A stretch of DNA of 64,000 nucleotides from Camelus ferus. Its lineage: Eukaryota. Under the pieces are notes generated by a model, which did no database searches, was not told where the DNA came from, and saw only the letters and a list, made by a program, of their open reading frames with translations. The stretch lies in contig NC_045697.1 of the NCBI RefSeq assembly GCF_009834535.1, positions 31,436,001-31,500,000 of the forward strand, read 5' to 3'. Both the position numbers and the translations under genes were made by a program. Positions 13,331 to 24,719 of this stretch are shown piece by piece. Each line of letters begins with the position of its first letter. The first letter of the stretch is position 1.

Positions 13331-14227
13331 TAAGCAAAACTGTAATGTCAACTTTATTGCATGACACTAGAGGATAATCATTCATAATATTCAAAGAGAG
13401 AAAAACCCAGTAACCCTTCTTTTTACACGGGAAAAAACCTAATTCATGCAAATATTTTTGTGCATATTTAAGTATAAAATGGCAACTTTCACTGTTTAGC
13501 TAGCACAATCTTGCACAGCACTTCAGCTATTACTATAACTTTTGGGGGCCAGAAGTTTATTTTATTGTTAATTTGACCTTTTTATACTTCAGAGACAGGC
13601 ATGGTAATTGCCATTCAGAGGCAATTTCAGCCAACTGTAGATGGAGGCATGTCAACACTATATACTAAAAACAGGAATGAGATCAAGGCCTTTTCATTTT
13701 CCCTGTAAGTCTATGTCTTAACATATTCTGTCCAGAAAGAGTGCTAATGTATCTTGGCTTACAAGTACAGTGCATTAGAAATGTTGCCAACTTTTTTCTT
13801 TTCATTAAGTAAACACTGTTTCCCACTCACTTAAAATGATCCCTTAGAAACTTGCAAACCAACAAGAGTAGAGAGATTCTTGTTTAGAAGAAAACAGTTT
13901 AGACTCATAGATATTTCTCAAGCTATCTAAAATATTTTAAGCTAGAAAAAGGGGGAGATAGCTGTTAACAGTGGCCACAAAATGATAAACATAACAATTT
14001 AGAAAGCATTGTAGGTGAAAATGTTTTAAATTTATCTTATTATACACATCTCTGTTGCCAGTATTGAAAAAAATCAGAATTTGTTTTTGGTTTTGGCTAC
14101 AAGCTTCATTTAAGGCAGAATGTCTTCCCATATGTGGTTTACAGGGACTATGAACTAACTCAAATGTTTGTATATAAACAGAGACTGAATTTTAATTATG
14201 GAAGAGAGTAATATTCCTTATTTTGTC

Positions 14228-15235
14228 CAGTTTTATTGAGGTATAATTGACATATTGTATATGTTTAAGGTATACAACATAGGGATTTCATATACAGTTG
14301 ACCCTTGAACAACATGGGTTTGAACTACATGGGTCCACTTACATGCACATTTTTTCAATATTACCTATATTTTCATTTTACAGACTCTAAATGAGCTAAG
14401 TATAGGGAAATGTTTATGCTTGATTAGAGATCACATGTGGAAATGAAAAGAACTAGGGTTTGAGTCCTTATTCTGTCCCAGTTGCTTCAGCTTCCTGCCT
14501 TTGAATGAGTCATTTATCAGTTCTTGTGTTTTGAGGCAGAGACAGCAGTCTGCAGATTTTTGACTGAATGGGAGGAGAGGTAGTCCGTACCCCTAACCCC
14601 CGTGTTATGTATGTATATATTGTGAAATGATTACTGCAAATAAGTTTAGTTAATATCCATCATTTCATGTAGTCATGCCTTTTTTTTTTTTTTCTGGTGA
14701 TGAAAACTTTTAAGATCTTCCCTCAGCAACTTTCAAATACACAATACAGCATTGTTAACTATAGTCACCATGCTGCACATTGTATCTCCAGAATTTATCT
14801 ATCTTATAACTGGAAGTTATACCTTTTGACCACCTTCATTCATTTTCCCCACCCCTTATTCCCTGCCTTTGACACCCACCAATCTGTTCCCTGTTTCTAT
14901 GAGCTTTTAAAATAAAAAATCCAAATATAAGTAAGATCATAATTTATCTTTCTCTCTTTTACTTTTTTCACTTAGCATAATGCCTTCAGTCCATATTTTA
15001 ATGAATGGCAGGCCTTTCTTCTTTATTATGACTGGGTATTAGACCACTGTGTATGATACAATATTTTCTTTATCCATTCATCCATCAATGGACATTTAGG
15101 TTGTTTCCATGTCTTGGTCTTGGGTATTGTAAATAATGCTTCCATGAATATGGGGGTGGGAGGGGTCAGATATCTCTTTGAAATTGTGATTTCATTTCTT
15201 TTGGAGATATACTCAGAAGTGGAATTTCTGGTTTT
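14228..15235 (-). mobile_element. L1 (L1MA-like) 3' UTR and ORF2 end, antisense, split by a Tigger element
   Basis: 'ttttattgaggtataattgacatattgtatatgtttaaggtatacaacat' ... 'atccattcatccatcaatggacatttaggttgtttccatgtcttgg...cagaagtggaatttctgg'. Confidence 0.9.
14295..14606 (+). mobile_element. Tigger2-like (TcMar) non-autonomous DNA transposon
   Basis: Begins after TA with 'cagttgacccttgaacaacatgggtttgaact'; ends 'cccctaacccccgtgtt' with the outer right terminal inverted repeat missing. Confidence 0.85.
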
Positions 15236-16479
15236 ATGCCAAATTGACTTAAGTATTTCATATGTGCACTTCTAATTTATCATTTTAAAATAATACTTAA
15301 CATGACCACTAGCAGATAAATATTGTACATAAATTATTTTAATGCACATCATTTAATATTATTCAAGATGTTTATTAATATTAATTTGTTTTGAAGGATG
15401 ATTTTAACTTATCCATCACAATTTTTTTATATTGACATAAAAAGTCATCAAACTGATTCATAAAAATCAATTCTAATTCTTTATTGATTGCTACCACTTG
15501 TGTAACCTTTGCTGAATGGAGTAAACTTTAGCTAAATCATCTGTTAAATGTCAAGACGGCTAATTAACAGTCAGGAAGCTAGTGTTACCATTGACCAAAC
15601 TTGTATTTACCCATCTATTTCTCCATGGCCTAAACACTGTCCCAATCTATACTCATGTATCTGATGACTTTGTTCACTTCTTTACAATTTTATTGCTCAT
15701 ATATTAATCACTAACTTTTCTCTTATGTTCTTAGATGACTTTTGTCCTTTTCTAATTGTGTATTTGAACACAGTATAATTTTAAAATTTTGCACCTCTCT
15801 CTTCACTTATCTTCTTGATTCAGATTTCTTTAAAAGTTAGTTCAGTTTATTATCCATCACAAATATTATTACAACATTTTATGTAAAATTACTTCATTTG
15901 GGCCTTTAAGAATAACCCTGACTTTTGTTACCTTTTTTTCAGAATTCATGACATTTTCTTTTGATAACTTCTTAAGCAATATTTGTTGTTGGATATTTTG
16001 AAGCATCATAGATCTAGTCACATTTCATTTTTAAAATAAAAAACAACATACATAGTACTATAATATACTAAGGATAACTCTGTAAAATGCTCACTGTGAC
16101 ACTGCACAGAGATAAGAACTGTTATTATACAAAATAGATATACATACATATATAGGTTTAAAACTAGCTTTACGATTAATAATGTCTTTCATTTTTCCTA
16201 TTTCCATTTGGCTTATTATTTTTTGCATGTTTGCAGATATATTTACGCACATGACTGACATGTCATGAAGTATCTGGGAAATAGTCCAGCAACTCTCACT
16301 TTCATAGTAGAAAAGTTGATAGAATTGATAATGCTTAAGGACATATTACCTATAATGGGAACAGGAACATGACATAGATAATATGGCTTCTTTTAATGTT
16401 CTCCATTGCTTAAAAAATAATGTCTAGAGAACTATACAGATCTTCCATGAACTAATCCTAGACTTTCTACATTTTGAAG

Positions 16480-16660
16480 ACAGAAGTGTGGGTTTGGAAA
16501 CTTGAGGAAAAGAGATGAATAGGCGGATATTGTAACAGTCAATATGAAAGTTGATAATGTTCAGACTAAGACAGTAAGGATATGAAAAGTATAATAGGAT
16601 TCAAGAGACCCTATTGAAATAGAATTAAGATACTTTGATTATTAACTGGAGCTAAAGAGA
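16480..16660 (-). mobile_element. L2 fragment
   Basis: 'gatattgtaacagtcaatatgaaagttgataatg...ggattcaagagac...gatactttgattattaactgga' resembles antisense L2. Confidence 0.5.
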
Positions 16661-17782
16661 ATGATTGTAAAAAAAATTATAGAGCAAAGACCGAGTATAT
16701 ATTTCTCCCTTGAGATGAAGATATACTTAATAATGAGATCTTAAAGCAATTTAGAAAGATGTCAGAGCTCTCTGAAACTGCTGCATTTGGGATCAGGCTA
16801 ATGACAGAGCCCACCTCACACGTTGTCAGAGGTTTCTGCTCAGGAATGAGAAAATAAATGCCACAGAGTGGGGAAAAAAACTAGCTTGTCAAACAGTATT
16901 TTTAACATTTAGCAAATATATTGTTAATCAAATGTAATAGATTTGAAAAGTAGAGTCTAGAGTCCACAGTCCTTTTTCAGAAATTAGAAAATATTTCAAT
17001 GTAGGAGGATTTTGTGACAAATCAAGGTGCTATAGAATCATACCATTAGATCTTAAAGTAGGTGTCCATGGAATATTAGGTAGCACACTTATATGAAAGC
17101 CAAATAATGTCAAGTTTTCCCAATTCAACAGTATATAAAAAATGAAAACAAATAATAATAAAAATGTTCAATTTTCAGTTTTCCTGCTTAATATTCTTCA
17201 ACCTTTGACATCAAGCAAGAAATAAAATAAATAACAAAAGCCAAAAAAGCTAAGTAATATTAATAGAAATGTCAGAAATATGATTACAAAAAAATCTTAT
17301 ATGTATTACTTTTTGGTTACAGAAGATATACTCATATATTTTGTTAGTAAATTTGTTGCTATTTCACAAAATGATTATATAGATCAGTTCTTCTGGACTT
17401 CTTTTAAAGAGCACGATGACTTCTGCACTCATTCCTTGTCTGCTAACAAGTGTGAATTACACCTGAAAAGAATAGGTGGAGATTAGAATGAACAAAGAAG
17501 CAAAAAACAAGTAAGAAAGGCAGGAGAAGGGTGGTACAAAAGGGAAATAACTTTATTTCCTACTTTCCTACTCTGATCCAGTTTCTGTGTTAGAATTGAT
17601 TCTTTCATTATTGTATCTATTATCCTCAACTCCGCTATTAGGTAGCATAAATAATTTTAATTAACAAGTAAGAACCTGAAGTCCAGAGAGGTTCAGTTTC
17701 TTTCCCTAAGTCTCACAGAAGCATTTGACACATAGTCTTCATAGAAAAAAATGTTCAATAATCAGGTGATTAGGTAAAAAGA

Positions 17783-18110
17783 AATATCAATATCAGTTGG
17801 GGTTCCTAGAACTGAGCAAATTAAACTGTCTCTGGCTGATTCAAACAGCAAAGGAATAGACTGAAAGATTTGCTGAAGATGTTGAAACATGAGACTTGTA
17901 AAATGGATAGGAACAAAGGAAGCTGGGTAGAAGTAAGGAACACAGACTTGTTCCAGAAAATATTTGGTGAAAACAACACAACCACTATTCTGAACCACAG
18001 ATACCATATCTTGCCCCTTCACCATGGCCCATGCTGGACATCTTGCTCTTCCTCTAGCTTTGCTGTCACCATTGTCCAGGGAAGCTGGATGTGACTGCCA
18101 TCATTTGATC
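17783..18110 (-). mobile_element. Very old MaLR LTR (MLT1M/N-like)
   Basis: 'tcagttggggttcctag...aactgtctctggctgattcaaacagcaaaggaat' pattern. Confidence 0.4.
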
Positions 18111-18224
18111 ACCTCTAGCATTAGGTGTTTGTCTGACCATTTCTCAGTTATTCTGTTTAATTCAAATATTGCATTCTTTTCAAAAAAAATAGCACTGAGA
18201 TAGAGGCCAGGGTGGTTAAAGAGG

Positions 18225-18530
18225 AACTGGTTAGAATATTTAGCTTAAAAAGATGAATGAAAGCTGTTTTAAATATTTAAAAGACACACTTATGCACTGC
18301 TTTCAAGTTTTCCAGAGGATGGATCAGGAACTAATAAGTATAAATTGTGAAAAGGTAAGGTTTCTTTTTAATATAAAAAAAAGTCCAAAATTAGAATGAA
18401 CGAGGTCCCTGCTACTAGGAATAATTATGCAAGCACAATATGGTCACTTCTTATGGATATCATGGAGCAAATTACTATTTGAGTGTGAGAAGCCACTACA
18501 TAACTGGTAAGATTAGAATAACTCTAATTT
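18225..18530 (+). mobile_element. L3/CR1 LINE 3' fragment
   Basis: 'tttagcttaaaaaga...agctgttttaaatatttaaaagac...ccagaggatggatcaggaactaataagtataaattgtgaaaaggtaaggtttc' matches the CR1 ORF2 end. Confidence 0.6.
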
Positions 18531-18889
18531 TAAGTCTCAACAGTTCTTTGATCTCTACCTTTGAATTTCATGTACAATATTATATGTAGTTTACATTGTT
18601 AAATGGTCTTCAAGTAGGAAGAAACTTTACATTTGTCCTAAAGAACAAAATTTGCCTCCAGCTTCTTGAGCATGATTATGTGCAATACCACACCACAATT
18701 ATTTCTTAGTGTACTTAACAATTTATGGTGTTGGCAGATACATCTCAACTTGGTGTGGCTACAGGATTGTTTTAGATATGGCTATGGAAAGCATGTGTCC
18801 TCAGTGTACTTTTGGAATTGAGTATTTGAATTTTCATTTAAATAGTTTTCTAGATATTATAGAACATATCTTGTACATTTTTTTGCATG

Positions 18890-19795
18890 ATTATATGGCT
18901 TTTTATTTCAAAGTAATTACTAAAGTATAGAGAAGTTGAAAACTAGTAAGAAAAAAAATTCTTATTTGCCCTTTACTCAGGTTTCCCAAAAGTTAATGTT
19001 ATTATATTTATTTAGTCATTTTCACTTTGTATGAGTATGAATGTGTGTGTATGTATGTGTATATGTCTGTGCATTGTCAACAAAAAATTGCACTGATGGA
19101 GATAGACAAAGAAGACTTTATTTAAGACTATTAGAATAGAAGAGAGAGGGACTGAGCTCAATTCTTACAAAGCAAAAGGTGGGGACATTTTTAAACCCTG
19201 GGGTGATCTAATAGATAAGTACTAGAGGACTTTATAGCTAAGGCTGGTCAATGTGACTATCTTTGCTAATTGGTGGTTATCTAAGTTAGGCTCCTCCCCT
19301 CCCACAGAGATGAGGAGATAGGAAGGTTATCTTTCTTGATGATTATATTTTAAAGGGATGACTCCTAGGTCCTTGAGAAAGACATTGCTGGGTTGTAAAA
19401 CTAGAAAAAGGCTATGAGAAGATTTTTATTTCTAAGAGACAAGAAAGAATTTTAAATTGCAAGGTTTTGAAAGTTAAAGAGTTAAGAAAAGTGAAGACAG
19501 GAGCCTATAGCTGGGGGAAAAATTCTGCCTAAAAGTAAGGGGAATGGTAAAGCTATGTTTGTCAATGTGAGTATATATAGTTCATGGCAAAGGCTAGAAA
19601 TCATGGCATCTAAGGTTCAGAATAATGGATGAATACACACACACACGAATACATATACACATGTACTTGTGTAGGTGTTTGTAGCATATTTATGCTTTCT
19701 GAAATGCTTGAGAGTAAGCTGCAGACATGATACCTCATTATCTCTAAACATTTCATTATATACTCATAAAAACAATGATATTTTTTACATAGGTT
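18890..19795 (-). mobile_element. L1MC-like 3' UTR, antisense, interrupted by an LTR
   Basis: 'agagaagttgaaaactagta...gccctttactcaggtttcccaaaagttaa' resumes after the LTR as 'ttgagagtaagctgcagacatgatacctc'. Confidence 0.65.
19075..19564 (-). mobile_element. ERV1-class solo LTR (MER31-like)
   Basis: TG...CA bounded 490-bp block; antisense poly(A) signal 'tttatt' near 19115; 'aaagggatgactcctaggtccttgagaaagacattgctgggttgt' recalled from MER31. Confidence 0.65.
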
Positions 19796-20763
19796 CTTAT
19801 AGATTTTCTACCTTTATTTAACTATTGTCTAATTATTAAAATTGGGAAGTTAATCTCACATGTTTTCACAACCCCAGACTGGACAGTTACCGTTAGGTTG
19901 CATTTTACAAATAAAGGAACCATGTACATTGACATTTGGCCCCAACATTGGGGACCAGAGACATCCTACAGATTCTATCCACTTTATTAAAGAACAATTT
20001 TTTTGAGATTTATTACACTTTTTTTTTCAACTCTCAGGATGCTGAACAGTAATTGATTCTGATTAAGCCTATTTATAATGAATGTGAAAATTTTTGATAT
20101 AGTAATATCAAGAGGATATGTTTTCCATCAAGGTCTCTACAATATTAGAATTCTCTACTACTTCTGGCTGTGTTAGAAAACTGAATAGGTTGAAGTTAAA
20201 CGCCTGTGGTGAGACCCATATGTTGCATTACGCTTCTGCCAAGTTGACGTAGGAAACTCAACAAAAGCAAGGGAGTCCCTTCCATTATTAATGATTCTCT
20301 AAGCTCTTAGTCACATTCTGTGAGCCATAGAAATAAATAAATGAAATATTCATTAAAACACTTAAACTATCAATATTGTATAAGCAAAAAATGAAAGGAA
20401 CAACATGGTATAAATAGACCCTCATTGGACTGAGTTATCATGTTCAAATTTTCCAAGAAAAACTGACAGTTCTGAAATCCTTCAATAACTTAGAAGATAA
20501 ATTATTTTCTTTAAGTGTCCATAGGTCTTCAATTTGGCTAGATACAAAAACCATGTGCAGATGTCTGAGTAAGCATTTTTATTTTTAAAAATATCAGTGA
20601 GAAATACAAGAGAATTATTCTCCATTTACTTTTTCTAATAAATCTGCATTTTCAACTTCTAGACACAAACTGAGATATCTAATTTAGATTTCAATAGCAT
20701 TCTATTAGCATTTGGATATGTTACCCAGACTGTTGAGTAAGAATCTTGATTCAAAGTCTTCAT

Positions 20764-20966
20764 CAGGAGTTGGCACAACTTTTCCCGTAAAGAGGCTGAT
20801 CGTATTTCAGGTTTTGCAGACCAGGTATAGGCACAATCACACATCCCTTTTTGAATTCTTTTACAACCTTATAAAAATATAGAAATTATTTTTCACTCAA
20901 GGGCCATACCAAAGAACACCAAGGGTAATATTTGGCCCATGGGTTTGACCTGTCTGCTGATTCCTG
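20764..20966. mobile_element. MER58-like hAT-Charlie DNA transposon
   Basis: Termini 'caggagttggca' and 'tgctgattcctg' are imperfect inverted repeats; internal 'tatttcaggttttgcagacca'. Confidence 0.75.
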
Positions 20967-22834
20967 ATTTAGGGCTATATTTATCAGTTGCAGAAGCTGT
21001 ATGATAGATATAAATTCTTTATATGGGCTAGTAAATGTTCTTAAACTTTTACTTAAGGAATTTATTGTCTTAATGTAACTAAATACATTCAGCTGCAAAA
21101 ATCTAAAATGCATGCTACTGCTAATCACATTGCCAGAATGACTAAGAAACTAATAATTCTGTTACTATATTAGTTACTATAAAATTAAAGGTTGAATTCA
21201 AATTTAGGAAAATATGTACTTAATGCTTTTCAACCTATTGGCATGCTTGTACTGGTAAGCTTAACATCAAGGTGACTGTAAATCAATATCTAACTGAATA
21301 AGGAAATGGTCGTGCAAGGGCTTCCTAGTTACTGTATATGTACTTGTATGTGTGCATGTGTGCATATGTGTGTGCATGTGTGTATGTGGTTATATCATAG
21401 AACTGCCATTACAATTGCTAGTTAACCTATAATAATTATTATTGGTATAACCAATCTTGATTGTAAAAGGACTATGCCTGACCTAAAATGGGCAAATATA
21501 TTATGGTTTATTTTACTCACCACTACACAATTAGTGTTTAGTGGAGTGTCTGACATTGAAAATACTAAATAAACATTAAATGAGTGGATAAAAAGAAATT
21601 CTGTCATTGAACTACTGAGATCTGTGAGACCTTTGTGGTGGAAAGAAAACAGGCCTGAAGCAATACACGTATCACACAGAAAATCAGGACAAGATTCAGA
21701 CTCAGGGGAGAAGACAGGGACAGCTTCTGGAACAGGGATACACAACAAGGTAGAAAAAGTCCTAGTACTTCAATCCAAATATGAGAACAGAGAAGAATCA
21801 TGATGAATCCTTGATCTACTGGCCTATAAACACTTGTTTTTTATTGACTGAGCAGAGCTGGCCTTAGAATATACCTTAAGTTGAACATACAAGTAGGAAT
21901 CTCATAGTTTCTCTGAAAAAGGACATCTTTAATTTGCAGAGTCAGCCCAGAATCTGACACCCAGTCACTGTTTACTACTTAATGAATTTAAGAAATAACT
22001 ATGGTGGAAAGAGAGCCAGGAAGATCAATAAAATATTTTCAATGTATTTATAAAATATCACATAGTTTTTATGAAATGATTACTGAATGATCAGTACTCA
22101 TAATGACTAACGATTTAGTAACTAAATATTACTTCCTTTCCATGATGACTTCTAGTTATTAATTTAATTACTCATTAATTACTCATCATGATTTCAGTAT
22201 TAATTCTTTGGGTTTTAAGAATAAAACCAGTACAAACCATGAACCTTCCTTCCCTTTTTAAAAAAATGTATAGAAAATACGTATTTTAAGAAAATATCAT
22301 TTAAAGACAATTATCACATATTATGGACACTAGTCAAATTTGTGATTTCTGCAATAATAATCAGTACAAAAACAAAAGTAATATTATTTCAAAGACAAGG
22401 CTGAGTTTAGACAACTTTTTATTTTTTCAAAACTAAGAACTGTGTCTACATGAATATATTTACATACATGAGCAATAAAGATACTGGAGGCATTTCCTAG
22501 CAAATAGTGACAGTAGTTGTCTCTGAGTGGGGTCATGCTTGGTGATCTTACTTTCTTCTTTTTTATTTTAAAATTTACCATTTAAAGTTCCTACAGTTAG
22601 TATGATCATTTCATTTAAAATATTAAAAATAAAAAGAAATTCTGGAGACCCTTAAACATTTGATATGAAGTTAGATTTCTCCTCATTTTCTGAAAAATAT
22701 GTAGTTTAAAGCAAAATGTCAAGTTTTCTCTTTTTTAAGTGCAGTAACATTTCTGTCTTTAAAAAAACTACTTAGGGAACAATTCTGTACAGTATATATG
22801 TTGATATAATACTTTTTAAATTTAATTTAAGGAA

Positions 22835-22900
22835 GGGGAGAGGAGGAGCCAAGATGGCAGAGTAGGAAGACCTTAAGCTAACCACCTCCCATGGGTACCA
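22835..22900 (+). mobile_element. Isolated L1 5' terminus (start of 5' UTR)
   Basis: 'ggaggagccaagatggcagagtaggaagaccttaagctaaccacctcccatg' resembles an L1 5' end, with the YY1-type CAAGATGGC motif. Confidence 0.7.
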
Positions 22901-23120
22901 CTTAATGGTTAAAAGCCTGAGCTTTGAAAGCTGGCAAATGCAGCCTCCAGTCTCCGCTACACCTTTCAATATGTGATTTTGAGGCAGCTTACCTAACCTT
23001 TCTCCTCCTTCTATTCTCAACCATAAAACAGAGATAATAAATTCTACCTTGTAAGAATTTCATGAAGATTATATATGAAAAGATGTCCAGCATATAACTA
23101 GCAATCAATACATAACAGCT
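22901..23120 (+). mobile_element. MIR SINE
   Basis: 'aatggttaaaagcctgagctttgaa...tgtgattttgaggcagcttacctaacc...ataataaattctaccttgtaagaatttcatgaagatta'. Confidence 0.75.
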
Positions 23121-23857
23121 TGAAATATTACTGAAAGAGGGAAATTAATTCAGAAACACGTCTGAGAAGACTGAAATGGAACACAGATATTTAGCCTTGA
23201 AATTCTGTTCTAACATTAGAGCAAATTGCTTTCACGTTAGAAAATTAAATGTTCAGACTGTGCTGATATTTAAAGAGTCAAGATACAAGTGTTCATTATA
23301 AACTAAAGTAAATTCTGCTGCCAGGATATTTGTGTAATCTTTGTTGCTCTCGTTTCTATTTCTGTGTTGTGTCTATCCTTCTGAACCGGCGGGGAGCAGA
23401 GTTACATATGTTTTTCCAGCTGCTGTTGCTTCAGGCTTTACACATTGGTGTTAACTTGTGAGACTCTGATATATGGAGCCAAGAATCTGTGTGATTTTTT
23501 TTTTTCACGAGAATCCATGGCAAACTTTTATTTTGCAATATATGAGTCTGGGTGTTAACTAGATTTGTTTTAACTTAATGGTTTCTTCAAGTATTGCTGA
23601 AGTCCAATTTAATGTGGTAACTTTAGTCATGAAATATTTATTGAGAGATTATTAGGTGCTGAATATTATTTCTGGAACAAGAAATCTATGAACAAGGCAA
23701 ATACGTATATTTTAGGAAGCTTATCTTTTAGTTGTGGGGGAGAGAATCATAATAAATAAGTAATTAATGTATGTATGTGTGTGTTAGAAAGTAAGAAGTA
23801 CTATGGAAAAATAGTGTAAGGTAAGAGGAGTTGTGCAGCTTACAATTTACATGGAGT

Positions 23858-24078
23858 TCAAGTCCTTGCACAAATATCACCTCAATGACACCTCCCCTAA
23901 CCACACTATACAAAATTGCAATCTCTTCCAAAATCCAACTCCAGTTTCCCTGAGCTTGCTCTATATTCTCCATAGTAACTATTATTAATACTAATTATTA
24001 TTTATTATTTTTCTTTTCTTCCCATTTGAATGTAAAGTCCATGAGTGGAGAGAATTTTGCCTGTTTTGTTCTTTTCTT
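23858..24078 (+). mobile_element. L2 3' fragment (sense)
   Basis: 'tcaagtccttgcacaaatatcacctcaatgacacctcccctaaccacactata...gaatgtaaagtccatgagtggagagaattttgcctgttttgttc'. Confidence 0.75.
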
Positions 24079-24109
24079 TATTCTTACTTTAGGCAAAACC
24101 ACTATTACT

Positions 24110-24292
24110 TGGTTTGTGAAGTATAGTCAGTTTACAATGTTGTGTCAATTTCTGATGTACAGCATAATGTTCCTGTCATAGTATATTCACTTTCATATTC
24201 TATTTCATTATAGGTTACTACAATTATAGGTTACATTATAGTTGCCTGTGCCATACAGTATAAACTTGCGGTTTATCCACTTTATATATAGA
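24110..24292 (-). mobile_element. L1 3' UTR tip, antisense
   Basis: 'tgaagtatagtcagtttacaatgttgtgtcaatttctgatgtacagcat' is the reverse complement of the L1 tail seen at 3300-3350 and 38565-38640. Confidence 0.85.
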
Positions 24293-24719
24293 AAATTGAT
24301 CAAGGAGCAGATGATGAAGGACATTTATTGTACTGGGCATTCTGAGCTACTAAGTACGCAGCATAATCACTGTACTTTAGAATAATGTACTTTAGAATAG
24401 TCATTTCCCCCTGTGAAAGAATGAGGGATAGATGGAAGGGAGGAGAGGTGATGACTGTCTCCCCCAGGCAGTGGCAAGGAGGTTATAGAAGATTTGAAGG
24501 AAATAAAACATGGATAGGACTTGCCAATTGGAAATCGAGAGAGAAGAAGAGTTAGAGGGAGTTTCTAGATTTGAGTTTGGATGACTAGAGGTGCAGTGGT
24601 GTCTTTTCATGGACAGTGAGATAAGAAAACAAGAGGAGGGATATATTTGAGAATATGTATTCAGTTGAGACGTTCTGAGTTTGAGTAAATGCAGAGAGTA
24701 TTTTTGTCTTGTCATGTAC

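Larger units (their letters stand above)
23625..24700 (-). mobile_element. L2, antisense, fragmented by nested insertions
   Basis: 'aaatatttattgagag...' 3' end; resumes near 24350 with 'gtttctagatttgagtttggatgactagaggtgcagtggtgtc'. Confidence 0.6.
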
